From the NCBI GenBank assembly GCA_965287045.1, contig OZ336870.1, positions 100,192,001 to 100,256,000 on the forward strand: a stretch of DNA of 64,000 nucleotides, written 5' to 3'. Positions within the stretch are counted from its first letter, which is position 1, and each line of letters starts with the position of its first letter. Below are positions 1 to 13,340 of the stretch, one piece after another. The notes beneath the pieces were generated by a model. It searched no databases and had not been told where the DNA came from. It saw nothing but the letters and a program-made list of their open reading frames with translations. The position numbers were made by a program, and so were the translations under genes. This stretch comes from Carcharhinus amblyrhynchos (taxonomy: Eukaryota).

Positions 1-989
1 AAAGTCTGAACAGCAGCTATCTATCTGTGTCTGCCTGGTTCCAGGATAAATACACAGCCAGAATGGCAATGCATATTGCTGCTTTGTTTAAGATTTTTTA
101 TTTATGAGCTCGTGTGGACATATTAAATGAATCTTGAAGTTCTTTGCTAGACAGAGATACAAATGATGATATAACATAATACTGCATTCTCTGCATCTCA
201 AACATTAATGGATAATCAAGGTTGGCGTTATGGATGCAAACTCTAATGGTCAGAACGTGAGACTTTTTTTCAAGCCATTTCTTCAACAAACCAGCTGCAA
301 ACAACATAACTTAAAAAATACTAAGAAATGCTAGCATTACACCCAATAGTTCACTTTAGACTTTGAAACAAATTGGTCATCCAAACTCCAAAAAGAGTGC
401 TAGGTGTCTTCACAGAACGAGATCTGATGGCCTCTATAGTGGAAGGTAAGAATTAGTGTAATTCAGCCACTGATGTTCATGAGCCGGAAGTGGGTGGTAG
501 TGCAGTCAACATGGGAGCTCAGCACTTGCTGCTCAGTAATGGATTAGGCCTTGATCAGCTTCCATCAGGCAGCCTTCCATTCAATGAAAGACATTACATG
601 AAAACCCTACCGAGGGAAGCAATCAACTTTCTTCTGGAACATAGCTTGCTTACTCCAGGGTGGAATGGAAGCAGCCACCCCCTGCTTCCATTTCTTTTAC
701 TACCTGCCCGAGGGGTTCTTACTGCCCTCGAACTTCCAGTGCGTCTTCTGCATTTGTCAAAACTGACAGCTCTGTTAAATTCTGAGCGTGTGAAGGGCAG
801 TGCAGAGGCCAGCAGGCTGGACTTTGCCGCTACTGCAAAACAAAAGACCACCATGCTAAACTGGCAGTGTGAAGTTCTCCTACCATGTTTGTCAGTGCAG
901 CATTAATGTTTAAAATGGACATGAGAGCAAGAACTGTTCATTCGCTAGCTTCCTAAAAAAAACAAGAAACAAAACTAAATCAACTATCA

Positions 990-1215
990 AGAATAAAAAC
1001 AGAAAATGCTGGAAAAGCTCAGCAGATCTGGCAGCATCTGTGGAGAAAGAAACACTGTTAATGTTTCAAGTCCAACATGACTTATAACAGTCATTTTGGA
1101 TTCAAAATGTTAAACATGTCTCTCTCTCTCTGCAGATGCTGCCAGACCTGCTGTATTTTTCCAGCATTTTCTATTTTTACTTCAGATCTCCAGCATCTGT
1201 GTTGTTTCACTTTTA
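990..1215. mobile_element. Penelope-derived fold-back element (family 1: aaatgctggaaa..ctcagcag.tctggcagcatctgtggag)
   Basis: Inverted arms ~993-1083 and ~1089-1179. Related copies at ~8960-9090, 22870-22975, 52003-52325 and 61780-62030. The Penelope assignment is inferred from the hammerhead-type core seen in a sister copy. Confidence 0.65.
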
Positions 1216-1487
1216 TTTAAATATTAAGATATTGGTTGAGGCAAAACCTTAATCAGCTTGAAATCAATGCATGTTGAACTTGCCCAGGTCTTCGTACCAA
1301 TTTCCAAATGATTTTCTTTCCTCTGCAGCTTCTTCCATCTTTCCTAGATTTAAAGGACAAGCAGGCTGGCTGCTCCCACAGCTTTGTTCACTCATTCTGA
1401 CACCAAGTGGCAAGATGGGTTTAGAGGCAGGCAACTTAAATTACTTTACTGATTTGCCCTTATTAACCTCCAGGGAAATACCTGGCT

Positions 1488-1778
1488 GGGGTGGCACAGT
1501 GGTTAGCACTGCAGCCTCACAGCACCAAAGACCCACGTTCGATTCCCAGTTTGGGTCACTGTCTGTGCTGAGTCTGCATGTTTTCCCTGTGTCTGCATGG
1601 GTTTCCTCTGGATGCTCTGGTTTCCTCCCACAGTCCAAAAGATGTGCTGATTAGGTGTACTAGCCACGCTAAATTCTCCCTCCGTGTACCCGAACAGGCA
1701 CCAGAGTGTGGTGACACGGGGATTTTCACAGTACCTTCATTGCAACGTTAATGTAAGCCTATTTGTGACAATAATAAC
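1488..1778 (+). mobile_element. V-SINE (HE1-like head), tail type A
   Basis: tRNA-like A/B boxes (ggcacagtggttagcact...gttcgattccc) and V-domain (gtgtctgcatgggtttcctc.gg.tgctctggtttcctcccacagtccaaa). Tail ...cagtaccttcattgca..gttaatgtaagccta.ttgtgaca. Confidence 0.9.
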
Positions 1779-4700
1779 TTTTTTCCTTCCTTTTTTGGAA
1801 CAGCAGAGATCTGAAACCAATCATGTTGGGAAGAGTTAGCTTGAGCGATGCCACTTCTGGTTTCCCTTGCATTGTGCCAATGCCCTCAAATCTTCATATA
1901 AATTATCATATCATCCAAAGTTGATAATCAGGCATAGCATTCCAATGAAGCAATATCTTTCAGTTCATGCTCAAATGCTGCATTAAATTTTGCAATTTAC
2001 ATTACCATTTCATACTTGTATGTCAATCATCCAAATTTTAAATTTGAAGAATCAGAATAGTATCGAAGATTGCTCATTGCACAAAAAAAACTTAAGCCAC
2101 TTCTGCAGTCTAACTAATGTCCATGTCAATAAATCTTAAATCACAGCAGCCTGTAGCCATCAGTCCAAATTTAGCTCCTGTCTCCTTTTTGTCTTTGTCC
2201 TTTGGTAACAGTAATGAGTTGTACTTGTCATCACTTAAAGGGCAGACTTATTCAAAACTCCTTACCATCATCTCCCCTCTTCTCTCTGACATTTTCATTA
2301 TTCAGACCTATAGATTTCCTGACACTTCTTCTCTGACCTTTGATCCTTCCTTTAGAGGCCACATTCAAACAGAACAACAAAACACGTTTATTGCCAACCC
2401 TGGTTTGTCTGTGATCTCTCATAAATGACCAAAGATCAGAGTTCCTTTTCTCAATCGACTGGCACTAATGAAAGATAAAACCTCCTTTTTCCTTCTAACG
2501 ACTCCCTTTGCTCAATTTCAATGTAACTATCAGCAGAGACTCAGGCGCCCATGGCCAGGGCTCTGGCTGTGCTATACATCCACAGCACCAATGAGACGCG
2601 TCAGCATTAGGTAGTTCGGTATTTACTCCTGTTAGCTTTCCTGTTGATTTATATTAAAGGTCTTTCAACTGATCGACAGAATGGCACAGAAAAGGAAGAA
2701 CACTTGTGCTGTGCAATACAAAAAGCAGAAACTAGTGTTTAACAGCATTGTGAAAGGTAGGGGCAGTTCATGGGAGGACTGATCCATAGAGATCTAACCA
2801 AGTGGTAAATATTCAGCATCTCTGGATGTTTTTCCAAGAATCTGTTGATTTAGCCAGAAAAGTCTAGTTTACGTTAAATTTATTGACAATACCGTACAGT
2901 CAACAAAGATTTGACATGGCATTGAACTGTGTGACTGAATTTTGATGCAATGAAGGGGTGTTCAGAAAAAGAAATGCCATGAAGTCATTTGACCATCTCT
3001 GCACTGTATAATTTAACCATTGTACTTCCAGCATTGAACTGACAAATGCTGAAAAGAACTCCTGATATTAACTAATGGTTTAATAGATCTGCAGACATTG
3101 GTTAAGTAGGGAATCTGAACTAATGAATGTACAATCGGATATTGGATGTTCTTTACATACTATGTTACATTTAATGGGAAAACAAGATGGGATAAGAGAA
3201 TTTAAAATCAAGCACAAAATAGAAAATGAAATCATGCAACAAAATGTTTGTTCTCGAGTTACATTTGTTTATCTGGTCTTCTCCTCATGTGTCTTCAATA
3301 ATGAAAGAAAACACTGAATTTGTAATCCAAAACTTATGGCAGCATTCCCAATTACCCTGCTGAAGATTTGGGGCAATTAAACAGATCTTTTCCAGCAAAG
3401 ATGCAAAAACTTATAGGCACATTAAATGTACAGGCATCATGAATTATTCAGCTCAAGTTCTGTGGATGTGAAACCACAATGCTTTGAACTTCCAGAAGGC
3501 ATTTTTTTTTTGCATTCTGGGGGAATACTCCAAAAGTCTCCAGGTTGAAGCTGATTCACTCTGGGTTTGCTATTGGGGAATTTAGTCCCTTTATCTGTCA
3601 TCTAATGCTATAATCATAGAGAATTGTACAGTCATTAACATTATTAAAACTACATTTCAAAATAACTTTGTGGAAATAATGTGTTGTTCACGACACTTTG
3701 AAACAAACTTATAGATCGCATAGCATAGTGCAATCCTGCTGCTGTGTGTTACAAGCAATTCAACATTTTGTAAGCATTAAAAAGTTATTAAATGATGAGT
3801 CAATACAACACATTATTGTAATACAACTCATTTTGCAGAAAAAATACTAACTGTTTGGTTAGACTCTAATTGCTTTTATAGTGGACATAGTGGGGTCATG
3901 GGCCACTAGATCCCACCACTCCGGTCTTGTACAAGTGATGGCAAGTACAAAGTAAACTTGCCTAAGTTGCAACAAGAAGAATCCCATTGAAACAAACATA
4001 AAAGCTGAAGAGAATAGTGAACATCTTCGCAATTTGCAGTCATTAGAATACATGGCAATATAAAACAATAGGACACTGAGCTTTCTATACACTGTGGGCA
4101 CAAATTGGCTTTGGATAAACTGCAGAAAAACTGTGCCTCGCTATATTGCACTTGTTTGGATGAAAGTAAAATACATTGGCAGCATATGTAGAAGTTTTCA
4201 CACAATCTAATAACCACCAGTTCAAAATCATAATTAGGTGTATTCTAGAGATTACTTCACATTCAGCAGCATTTGCAGAACAGTTTGGAACATGCTGCAA
4301 TTAGCATTCAAAAATGATCTTCTGTAAGAATGATCGGTTGAGACTCATTTAAGTCCCTTTTAATGAGAATGCCCACAGTTTGTTTTGCCATCCTATTTCC
4401 ATTTAGTGCACAATTCTTTTTACAGACCCTTTCAGCTTCCATCAGAGAACTACTGCACTATCTGCAAATGAACTGAAAGACTATGGCACTTTTCATCCAC
4501 TAATTAAATTGCTGTTTGCACCCATTGATCCAAATAACTTTTAATAAAAATTGGATTCTGGCTATTTCCTCACGCTTGTGTGATATTCTGCTTCTTTTGA
4601 GGCTCACAGCATGCATTATCAGAGCACAGTAGGACTGTTTACCCTGTCAATCACCTGTCAATCCTCAGAGGGTTCGACAAACACTCCCTGTGGCTAGCCA

Positions 4701-6068
4701 CTGTCTCTCAGAATACTGTAATTATCATTCTGGCATCTTCTACTGTCAATTCCATTTCAGAAACCCTTTCAAATATTTTGAAACCACCTTCTTGCTCCTC
4801 AAATTATTTGCGTGACTACGTTGCCTGCTATATTCTGAATCTGATATGGTGCTAACTGGAAGTGTTAATGTTTCCACTTGGAAAAAAGCTTATCTTAAAC
4901 AGCCATGGCTCAAAGTGTTAATGCAGGCTTCAAAGCTGCCAGATCGCTACACATCCAGCCACTGGGCTCCAAGTTGGGCGAGCGAACTCCCAGGTGCTGG
5001 CACTCGGTGCTGAAGCAGCGATTTACAATTAGTGATAATGCATGCGTTGTTTAGTCATTAGCAATTGCTACCTCCGCCAATGTTTTCCACGTCAGATTGT
5101 GGCACTTGGCACTCTCCTCCGTGCCTCTGGCTCACTCCTCCAATACATTCATTTATAAACAGAATAACAGTGTGTTTATTTCCCTTCCACAATCTGGCAG
5201 GGAAGGAAGTGTTGGTGGAAAATATGCAGCTTCTCACCAGGAATCCGGAGTGTTCCTTCACTCTCTTGGTTTTTCAATGGCACAGACATCAATCGCCTTT
5301 CTCCACAAAAGGCAAAAACTGGCAAACTTACCTACTCTTGACTATTATGTCTGATTCTTGGCAGAACTAGCTACTTTGGCCAGCTGATAAAACCTACGGT
5401 TAAATTATGGCTGGTTATCTGCATGAACTGTCTGACATTTGCCAAGCTCTGATTAGTACTTCCTGAACCACAATGCTTATGCTTATTGTTATAGACCAAA
5501 TTGTCCAGGAATCTCCCTGTCACTTTCAGGACAATTTCATCCATGTTCTTTAAGCTAAGAGTGTTTCTTGTGTGTGCAGACAAACTAAGGAGCAAGACTG
5601 TTATAGGTCTCTATGTTAAAACTAAAAGCAAGCACTTACTTATAGTCAGGATAACCTCTAGTTGTTAGACTAACACTGGAGTAAACCCAGTGATGTAAAT
5701 GAACCAACACACATGCCACTGAAATTGTTAAATGTCTCGCTCAGTGTGAGTTGTATTGGGTGCCTCTGATGGAAATTAATCATTGGCAAAGCCAAATTGT
5801 CATCAACGCTGCCTGTAATAGTGAAAGACCCTGGCACAGTTTCACCAAGGAGATTTTGTTCAATTGTGCCACTGCAGTTTGTAACTTCTGAGGAACAGCT
5901 TTCACTGGAAAAGGAGCATTAAGAACATGTGTTTCTTCTTGAGGAGGAGAAGGCAACATTCCTGGCAGAATGACCACCACAAAATTACTCTAGTCAATAA
6001 AAATGAACCAATATTTAACAACAACATTCATTTGGCAGCATTTGGTCTACTGTTTAGATATATATGAA

Positions 6069-6324
6069 GAATCATAGACTCCCTACAGTGCAAAAGGAGG
6101 CCATTTGGCCCATCAGGTCGGCACTGAACACAATCCTACCCAGGCCCGATTCCCGTAACCCCACTTATTTACTCTGCTAATCCTCCTGACACCATGGTCA
6201 ATTTAACATGGCCAATCAACCTAATCCACACATCTTTCGACTGTGGGAGGAAACCAGAGCACCCGGAGGAAACTCACACAGGCAGTCACCTGAAGCAGGA
6301 ATTGAACCAGGGTCCCTGGCACTG
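6069..6324 (-). mobile_element. HE1-type V-SINE, CR1-like tail (type B), internally deleted
   Basis: Reverse complement has the B box, V-domain and a gatgggccaaatggcctcctt..gcactgtagggagtctatgatt tail. Confidence 0.88.
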
Positions 6325-6399
6325 CATGTGCAAAACAGTTTCAAATAAAGGGCTTAATGGGCACACAAGTTAGAGATTCATCCATCCTTGAACCTCGTG

Positions 6400-6600
6400 A
6401 CTTAGGACATTCTCCCAGTAGTATCATGTGTGTGTGCTGGAGAGTCAGAGTTACATCCTTTAGGTTAGAATGTCAAACTAAGGCTCCAACTACTACCTGA
6501 GTGCTTCAGATGATTGCTGAAGAGCTCACTGGCACTATTCAAAGCAAGGCAAGGAGTTTTCCCTCAACAAAACTTTATAGAAGTATATTAACTAATTACT
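6400..6600 (+). mobile_element. Decayed DeuSINE (SacSINE1/AmnSINE1-like) 5' part; probable 3' part at ~7235-7350
   Basis: tgtcaaactaaggctcc...ctcactggcactattcaaag resembles the Deu domain. The L2-like tail ..gatgctgtctaaatgcagg is at ~7325-7345. Confidence 0.5.
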
Positions 6601-6659
6601 GGTGGTAAAGTTAATAAAATATATAAAAAGCACCATAAATAAGTAAATAATTAAGTAAT

Positions 6660-6965
6660 CAGATTGGCAGTAGCAGCCTGGATGAAGAGTTCTCAGAATG
6701 CTTTCAAGATAGCTTCATTGAGCAATGCATCCAGGGAGCAGCTTTTATTAGACTGGGTATTGTGTAATGTGACAGGATTAATTAATGACCTCAGAACAAT
6801 GGCACCCCTAGGTAGCAGCGACTGCAATATGACTGAGTTTTACATCCCATTTGAAAGGGAGGAGAGTGGATTTGAAACTTATATTTTAAACTGAAAGGCA
6901 ACTATGCGGACATGAAAGTTGAGCTAGCAGAAGTGAACTGGGATTCTAGGCTAGGGGGCAGATCA
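6660..6965 (+). mobile_element. CR1 LINE ORF2 endonuclease fragment
   Basis: ORF 6664..6894 REQLLLDWVLCNVTGLINDLRTMAPLGSSDCNMTEF matches the AP-endonuclease C-terminus (LDxVL...LGxSDH). Confidence 0.85.
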
Positions 6966-6967
6966 AT

Positions 6968-7160
6968 GGGTTGAATTTTCTGGCCCTTCCCGCTGACGGG
7001 ATCTACCCAATCTGCTGATGGCGACCACCGTAGCGGATTCCCTGCCAGCGTGACCGACAAACAACAGAAAACACTATTGACATTGGCGGGACCTAAAGAT
7101 CCTGCTGCCGGCCAATAGAGAACTGCCTCCGCCACTGGAAGACATGCCGCTGGAAGCAGC
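6968..7160. mobile_element. GC-rich MITE (Harbinger-like), related to 44423-44595
   Basis: Starts gggttgaattttctggcc and shares an internal cattgac...cgggac..gatcc segment with the other copy. Confidence 0.6.
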
Positions 7161-7886
7161 GAAGCTGTGGCAGGCATTTAAGGGGATATTCCCCACTATT
7201 TTCCAAAGTGTAAAAATTACAGTAGGGGTATAAAGATACGCTAACAACATTGTTCATGAAACGTTGTTGCATGCTATTATTTGGCATTGCAGTACACTTT
7301 CAACTGAGGTGTTTTGGCATGATAAGATGCTGTCTAAATGCAGGTATCTTTTATTGATAGAACCTGCACAGGAGGAGGCAACCTTTTCACAAAGGGGATG
7401 TGTGTTTGACATTAGCTACATTATCAGTCAGCTTGCCATTTTTGGGGAAGGGGCTGCAAGTTTCTGAAATAAAGAGAAAATCCCTTTAAAACAGAATCAA
7501 GGGGATAAAATAATGACTGAAGATTGAAACTTAGAAGAATGCAGCCCCTTCAAAAGCAAATGTCCAAATTGTAACTGTTTATCTGTTAATTGCTCACAGC
7601 CAGTGAACAATCGGTATTTAACATTGACAGATTTTTTGTAAACTTAACATGGTTTTATTCAGCAATCCAAAGCATGAACTGGGTCAGGAATTTTGTGTAT
7701 TAATATAGTTTAAGGGTTTTCATGTCTACAATAAGTATCACCTAAAATTCATCTTACATAAATTATTTTCCTCAAAATGGGTTATAAGCAAGTGATTTGG
7801 AAAACTTTTCCACCAGTAGGGAATATGACACTAGGGAGGTATCCAATAACATCTTTATAAGAAAGAGATAGTTTAAAGGAAGAATA

Positions 7887-8045
7887 AAACAGCATTTATA
7901 TAGCCCCTTTCACTACCTTATTATGTCTTAAAATGCTTCACAGCTGATGAAGTACTTTTGAAGTGTTGACACTGCTGTGACATACGGAAACATGGCTGCC
8001 AATATGCACAAAGCTTGCCCCCACAAACAGGAATGAGACATTATT
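7887..8045 (-). mobile_element. DeuSINE 3' part with L2-derived tail
   Basis: Reverse complement reads ctcattcctgtttgtggg..gctttgtgcatattggcagccatgtttcc...acacttcaaaagtacttcat...gctatataaatgc. Confidence 0.8.
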
Positions 8046-8636
8046 TTAGTAAGAATATAAACATCCTCATCAACATGGTAGATAGAGGAATTTCATATGA
8101 ATGCATTAAGGTATTGATTGTTTTGAGCCGGGCAATTTCAAATCCTAACCGAATATTTTTCACTTTCTTATTCTACTGGCAGGGAGAGTCTTTCAGAAGT
8201 AAATGCAAGTTGTTTGTATTGTTGTGTTGATATGTACCAGTTTTACACTGAAAATACAAGCTGCTACAGCACAGGTCAATCCTGTACAAGAAGATGGCAG
8301 GAATGGACAGAACCCCCACAACTGTACACAGATTTACTAACAAATTAGTAAATGTAGAATATGTGAAGAGAAAATGCAAACATTAATGTACCAATATCAG
8401 GCTAATAAACTTATAAATTTAACATAACCAAAATGATCTGGTGTAATAGCAAGCATGTTAATGCATACGTATCAAATAACTATTTCAGCAAAAACACTGC
8501 ACTTCAATTCAGCGTTAGTTTTAAACAAATCAACCCCTTCCTTAAAATAATAGAGGAGTTTGAAATTAATGAATTATGTACATGCTCCTAATACCATTTA
8601 GCACAAATTCAAATCTCACATATCTATTAGTCCAAA

Positions 8637-8760
8637 GGTGAGATTTTCCAGCCACGCTCGTCTAGAAACCAGAAAATCCTACTCGAGGGTCAGCGTAGCT
8701 TTCTCTGGTCTGGCCCCTGCCCGCAACAATTCCTGTAGCGGGCACGTGGGGAAAATCCAA
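8637..8760. mobile_element. ~125-bp MITE, same family as 52175-52299
   Basis: Imperfect TIRs gg.gagattttcc...ggaaaatcc and a shared internal sequence. Confidence 0.7.
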
Positions 8761-11700
8761 ATTGAAATTGAACATTTGTTATTTGAACAATGTCTGGCTC
8801 ACCATGTAACTCTATCAGTATCAGGTCTAGATTTTTTTTGCTGCTGTATTGATAGTAACATAAGCACCGTAATGTGCTGCACCAGAATTATGTAATACAG
8901 ATGAAAAGGAGCAAATCTTAAAAATGAGGAAATCGTATCTAGTTCAATGTTGTGAATTTAATGTCAACTCTGCTGAAGAGTCTGTACCCTAATCCTTAAC
9001 ATGTCTTTTTCTCTAGCAGCTGACAAGCTTGCTGTGCATTTCCAGAATTTTGTTCATATTTCAGAATTCCAGGTTAGCATTTTTGTATTACTTGAATTGC
9101 ACAAATGTGAAGAGTTTCTCATATTCAACGTCTCAGGTTTTCGAAAACAACCAACAATGTTTTGTGCAGGCATCTCCTGGCCTTGTCGGCAAGCAGATCA
9201 TGCTACATGACATCACTTGACACATGCAACACAGACACACTTGACAATGTGTTAATTTGTACATCTGTTGCTCGCCTGCAGCCTTAACACAATAAAAACT
9301 ATTTTGTTTAAAAATGACTTTTGATAACTCAGATTTTTCCGCCACACATCCATCCCTGCAGTTCAATTTTGTTAAACGTATATCCTTATTCCTTTTCTGA
9401 AGGATAAATAGAAAGTATTTCAGATATGTAGCTGCCAGAGTAAAGCTGGTGACCGGAAAGATAGGAATCTGTCTCTCAGTTTCCAATCCTGAGTTGCAAA
9501 TGGACAGCTTTCATGGTGCTTAGCACTTACTGTCTGAGTTACTTGCTGGCTCTTGACCGTGCTAGATTGAATTACCATGCAAATAAGCTGCCATTTTGAA
9601 ATGCCCTCTGGATTTCATTTCAACATTTCACACAGGGAAAACTGATCAGGCAGCCACAAGACAACGAATAGAATTATCTCCCAAAATTGAAGCAACTGCC
9701 TTTACTTTGGAAGGCTAAACATTTCCTCCACAGCTCCACTTTATGAATTAAGAATCACAGCATCTCTGCGGCAAGTAAATATCCTCCCGCATTTTAAAGT
9801 TTTCATTCAATTTCAAAAATGAATTTCCTTGATGCTGGAATAAATAGCAATTCTTTCCCATGATTGCCTGACCATCCACTGGAAGCAGACACTGAAGGAG
9901 AATTTTTCATTTTCACACTGAATGCAAATTCCCTTGGAACTACAGTATTGGTTTTCCTCGGGTTAATCGTCTCCGTGCATTTCTTCATTATAGTCAAGGT
10001 ATAATGGCATTTCCTCAACAAACAGGCAATTCATTTGCATGGTACCTTGACACATCTTTGCCAATTCAATAAGCCAGCCCTTAATTGCTTCATGTCAAGC
10101 TACTGAAATGTATTTCCAATGTCAGCAGCTGGGAGATTATACAGAGATCCACTGCCCTTGAGTCCCTTATATCATTTTCTACAACTCTGACTCCTAAGAC
10201 CACCTCCACCACAGTGCTGCTATTACAGCCTTACTTGGTATTTATGCCACTATTGTGGAAAGCGTAATGCACATTTTGTATTAATGCAAATTTGGCACTG
10301 AGCTCATGGTCCAGATTTGGCATCAAATTTTGCACATTTGCAAGCATAGAACTTGTGATTTTGTTTTACTCCCCATGGTAGATTTCTGAAATGAATCCAG
10401 TCACAGATCAGATCGACTGTATTTAAATCCTCTAGCCAAATGTATCCAATTCCATGTACACTTACTGCTTTCAAAAGGAATCAGCCACCTACATAGCCTC
10501 ATTATCTAATAAATGATGGCTCTTTTGTCAACACAGTGCTGCTGCTGAGTGCTTCCCTGACATCAGTGACAAAGTTGCAGTATAAATACAGCTACCTCTG
10601 CAAGAGTCAACAAGAACATGGGGACAAGTAGAATATGGCCACTGGAAGTGCCGCAAATCACCTCAACATACTGTTTCCCCAGGACCCTCTAGAGGCAGCA
10701 GTGCGCACAAGGTGACTGAAAACCATTCCTGCCATTATCTCCCATTGCAATGCTCACTGGAAGCCTGAATGCTCAGTCCATCTTGTGTAGGTCAGCAATG
10801 CAACTGTTAACTTGAAGATGCAGAGCCGGAAAAGAAAATTGTGATCCACGTCTTTTTCACAAGTATGCTTGCACAGTGTTTCCCATTGTCACTGGTGCTG
10901 TGGATGCTAAAGGGCCACATGCCATTGCACCCGCATCTCCAATTTCCACTTAACATAATTCTCTTTTCCCTTTGCCAGTTTCTTCCTTTCCTCCTTTCTC
11001 CCTTGCTTTTCTCCAGAAGTCATGTTCAACTAGGTTCTACAGATATTAAGCAGCCTCAAGAACCTTCCCAAAGTGTCCGCTGTTCATGGCTGAACCACGA
11101 CAATGACTGTTAGCAGCTCTTATGACTGCTGGCTTAGAGGGAGATGGCATTTCGATGGATTCTGATGCTGCCCTTCCTTCCCCAATGTTCACAACTGATG
11201 CACATCAGGCACACATCATTGAACTGCAATCAGGTATAGGAGCCTTAAGTGTGTTTTGCGCTCACTGATCCAAGAACACTAAGACCAACTGTAACCATTC
11301 AGCTGCCATTGAAATCAGCTAAGTTTGCCAAAGCCTCCCTGAGCATCGGAGAAATGTACTGAGCTATCAGGAGAACCTGGCGATCCCGAGTGCAAAAGGA
11401 GTAGTCTAACGGTTAAAATCATACCAGCGTAAGGAAAGATTAGTTGGCTTGGCAAAGACAAGGACTGAAGCCGGAACCCTTTGGGTTGGCATTGCTCTAT
11501 ATCGGACTGAGCGGCATATTCATATAGCAAATCATTTTAGGTTCATGCTTTGTAGTGATCTTCATTGCAGTTTGTTTTATTATAAACATTGATAAGTGAA
11601 AAGAAAAACAAGTACCCATGTTATAAACCAAAGATCTGAACAGTCTCCAAACAGCAGAATTAAAGCCAAGAGACTGTGTAAAATAAAGTTTGTATAATGC

Positions 11701-12799
11701 ATCAGAATGCAACCTAAGAAAGCTCCATTTCAAGTGGGGCGGTCACGTAAAGAAGGACATTCAACTTCCTGGCCAACTCAACAATAAGACCTACTTATTC
11801 CACACACAGTTATCCTTAAGTGCTAATTAAATAATCATTTCAATCTGAAATTATAGTGCTTTCACCCTGAAATCTGCATATTCTCTCTGCTTCTATCTGG
11901 GAGACAACAGCATCCAAAGAAAAAAAAATTAATGCTAACATTTTGTGCAAAGTTCCCACCATCCTCTACAGAAAGCTTTGTTACATCTTGGGTTAAGCAT
12001 CCAGGCACAAGACAAAGATGCAGCCAACTCGACTTCCAGTTCAGTTTTCCCATCACCAAGTGACCTAGGTTACATTCTGACCAATACAGAATAAATTGAA
12101 TTTCTTCAGCATTTTGTGAGGATTAGAAGCAATTGTTAGCCCGCAATGACTTTTTACCCTGGCTCCTTTCCTAGCAGTGTATTCTGCCACTCCACAGAAA
12201 AAATTCAGATGGTCTAAGACACAGAACAAACACAACTTGAATTGAGCCTTTTTTCATCAATTTGAACTGTAGGAGGGGAAGCAATCAACCTTTCTTCCTG
12301 CTTTTCTCTGCTATTCAGTTACTTCAAGGTTTAATCTTTCTCTGGGAGAAGGGAAAAAGTTGCTTCATTGTGTGGTCCTGCAAAGATTTATTTCTTTCTG
12401 GCCTTTATCCTGAGCTTGTTTATTCCTCTTTTCTTTTCGATTTTAATCAAGATGGTTTCACCCAATTTCAGAGTCCGCTGAATGAACTTTCTTGTCACTC
12501 ACAGATGTTCCCTTCATGGTTCTCCATGGATTTTCTTTGCTTGACAGAATGTTGGTATTTCTTTGACATGGCTCTTTGCCTTTAGTACTTCCTTCATCAG
12601 CATTGAGCTCTATCCCTAACACAGGGCCATCTAATCGGGTGTGTTATATCACTATTTATAAAGGCTTTCAAGGTTAATTGCTCAACTAACCATTGATGGT
12701 GTAACTGGTTAACATACCAACCATTACCTCAGGGTTGGATGCTACGGAGAGCTACCGTCTGGTGTTGCTGCGTGCATTCACCCCTTGCTTCACTGGCTA

Positions 12800-13340
12800 A
12801 TGGACTGGAGTAGGATATCCCAATCTAGTGCCCCCCCTCTCCCCACCCAGGAATAAGAAGTCACTCCTCAGAGAAGTGCTAGCCATTAATATTGTAATGC
12901 CAGCAGCATTAGGCGGGCATGATGGCCACTGCTGGAAGCAGAGGTAGTCCCCAGTGGAGATCATCACAGGAATGGATGCCAAGGTAAATAGGAGGAATTT
13001 TGCAGTGGTCAGGGTGACAGGCCCCAGCGAGGAGGTTGAAAGGGGTGGGGGGTCAGCTTGAGAGGCCAGTGGGAGGCTAAAGGGGGTAGTGTGGTCCTCA
13101 GAATGGTGGGGGAAGGTACCTCTGATGGATATAGGGAGTCCCACCCGCATTGTCTGACAATTTGCATCGCTAAAGCTGCTGGGTTATCCCACAGTATGGG
13201 TTTACCTTCACCATGGGAAAAAAGTGGCTGGAGTGGGATAAGTCTCTGAAGTGATCATTAATTGGCCACTTAAGAGCTTCAATAGGTCCAAGGGCAGGCT
13301 GCTCAATACCTCCACTATTTGTAATCAAATTGCCCAGGAA
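12800..13340. mobile_element. Decayed GC-rich non-autonomous DNA transposon
   Basis: ttaattggccacttaagagcttcaat motif and composition resemble the elements at 46446-47700. Confidence 0.45.

Noticed and set aside
490-906. 138-aa plus ORF
   Set aside because: GTG start, no family motif and no exon context; probably an old DNA-transposon remnant.
1488-1560. tRNA genes at SINE heads (also 24850-24926, 45140-45208 and others)
   Set aside because: A/B boxes are followed by SINE bodies; no intact cloverleaf.
3207-3217. Minus-strand TTGTGCTTGAT, identical to the first 11 nt of miR-218 (hosted in SLIT2/SLIT3 introns)
   Set aside because: The match stops after 11 nt, no precursor hairpin is evident, and miR-218 lies in a much more 3' intron.
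12040-12680. Possible old LINE fragment
   Set aside because: Compositionally suggestive, but I could not read a diagnostic motif.
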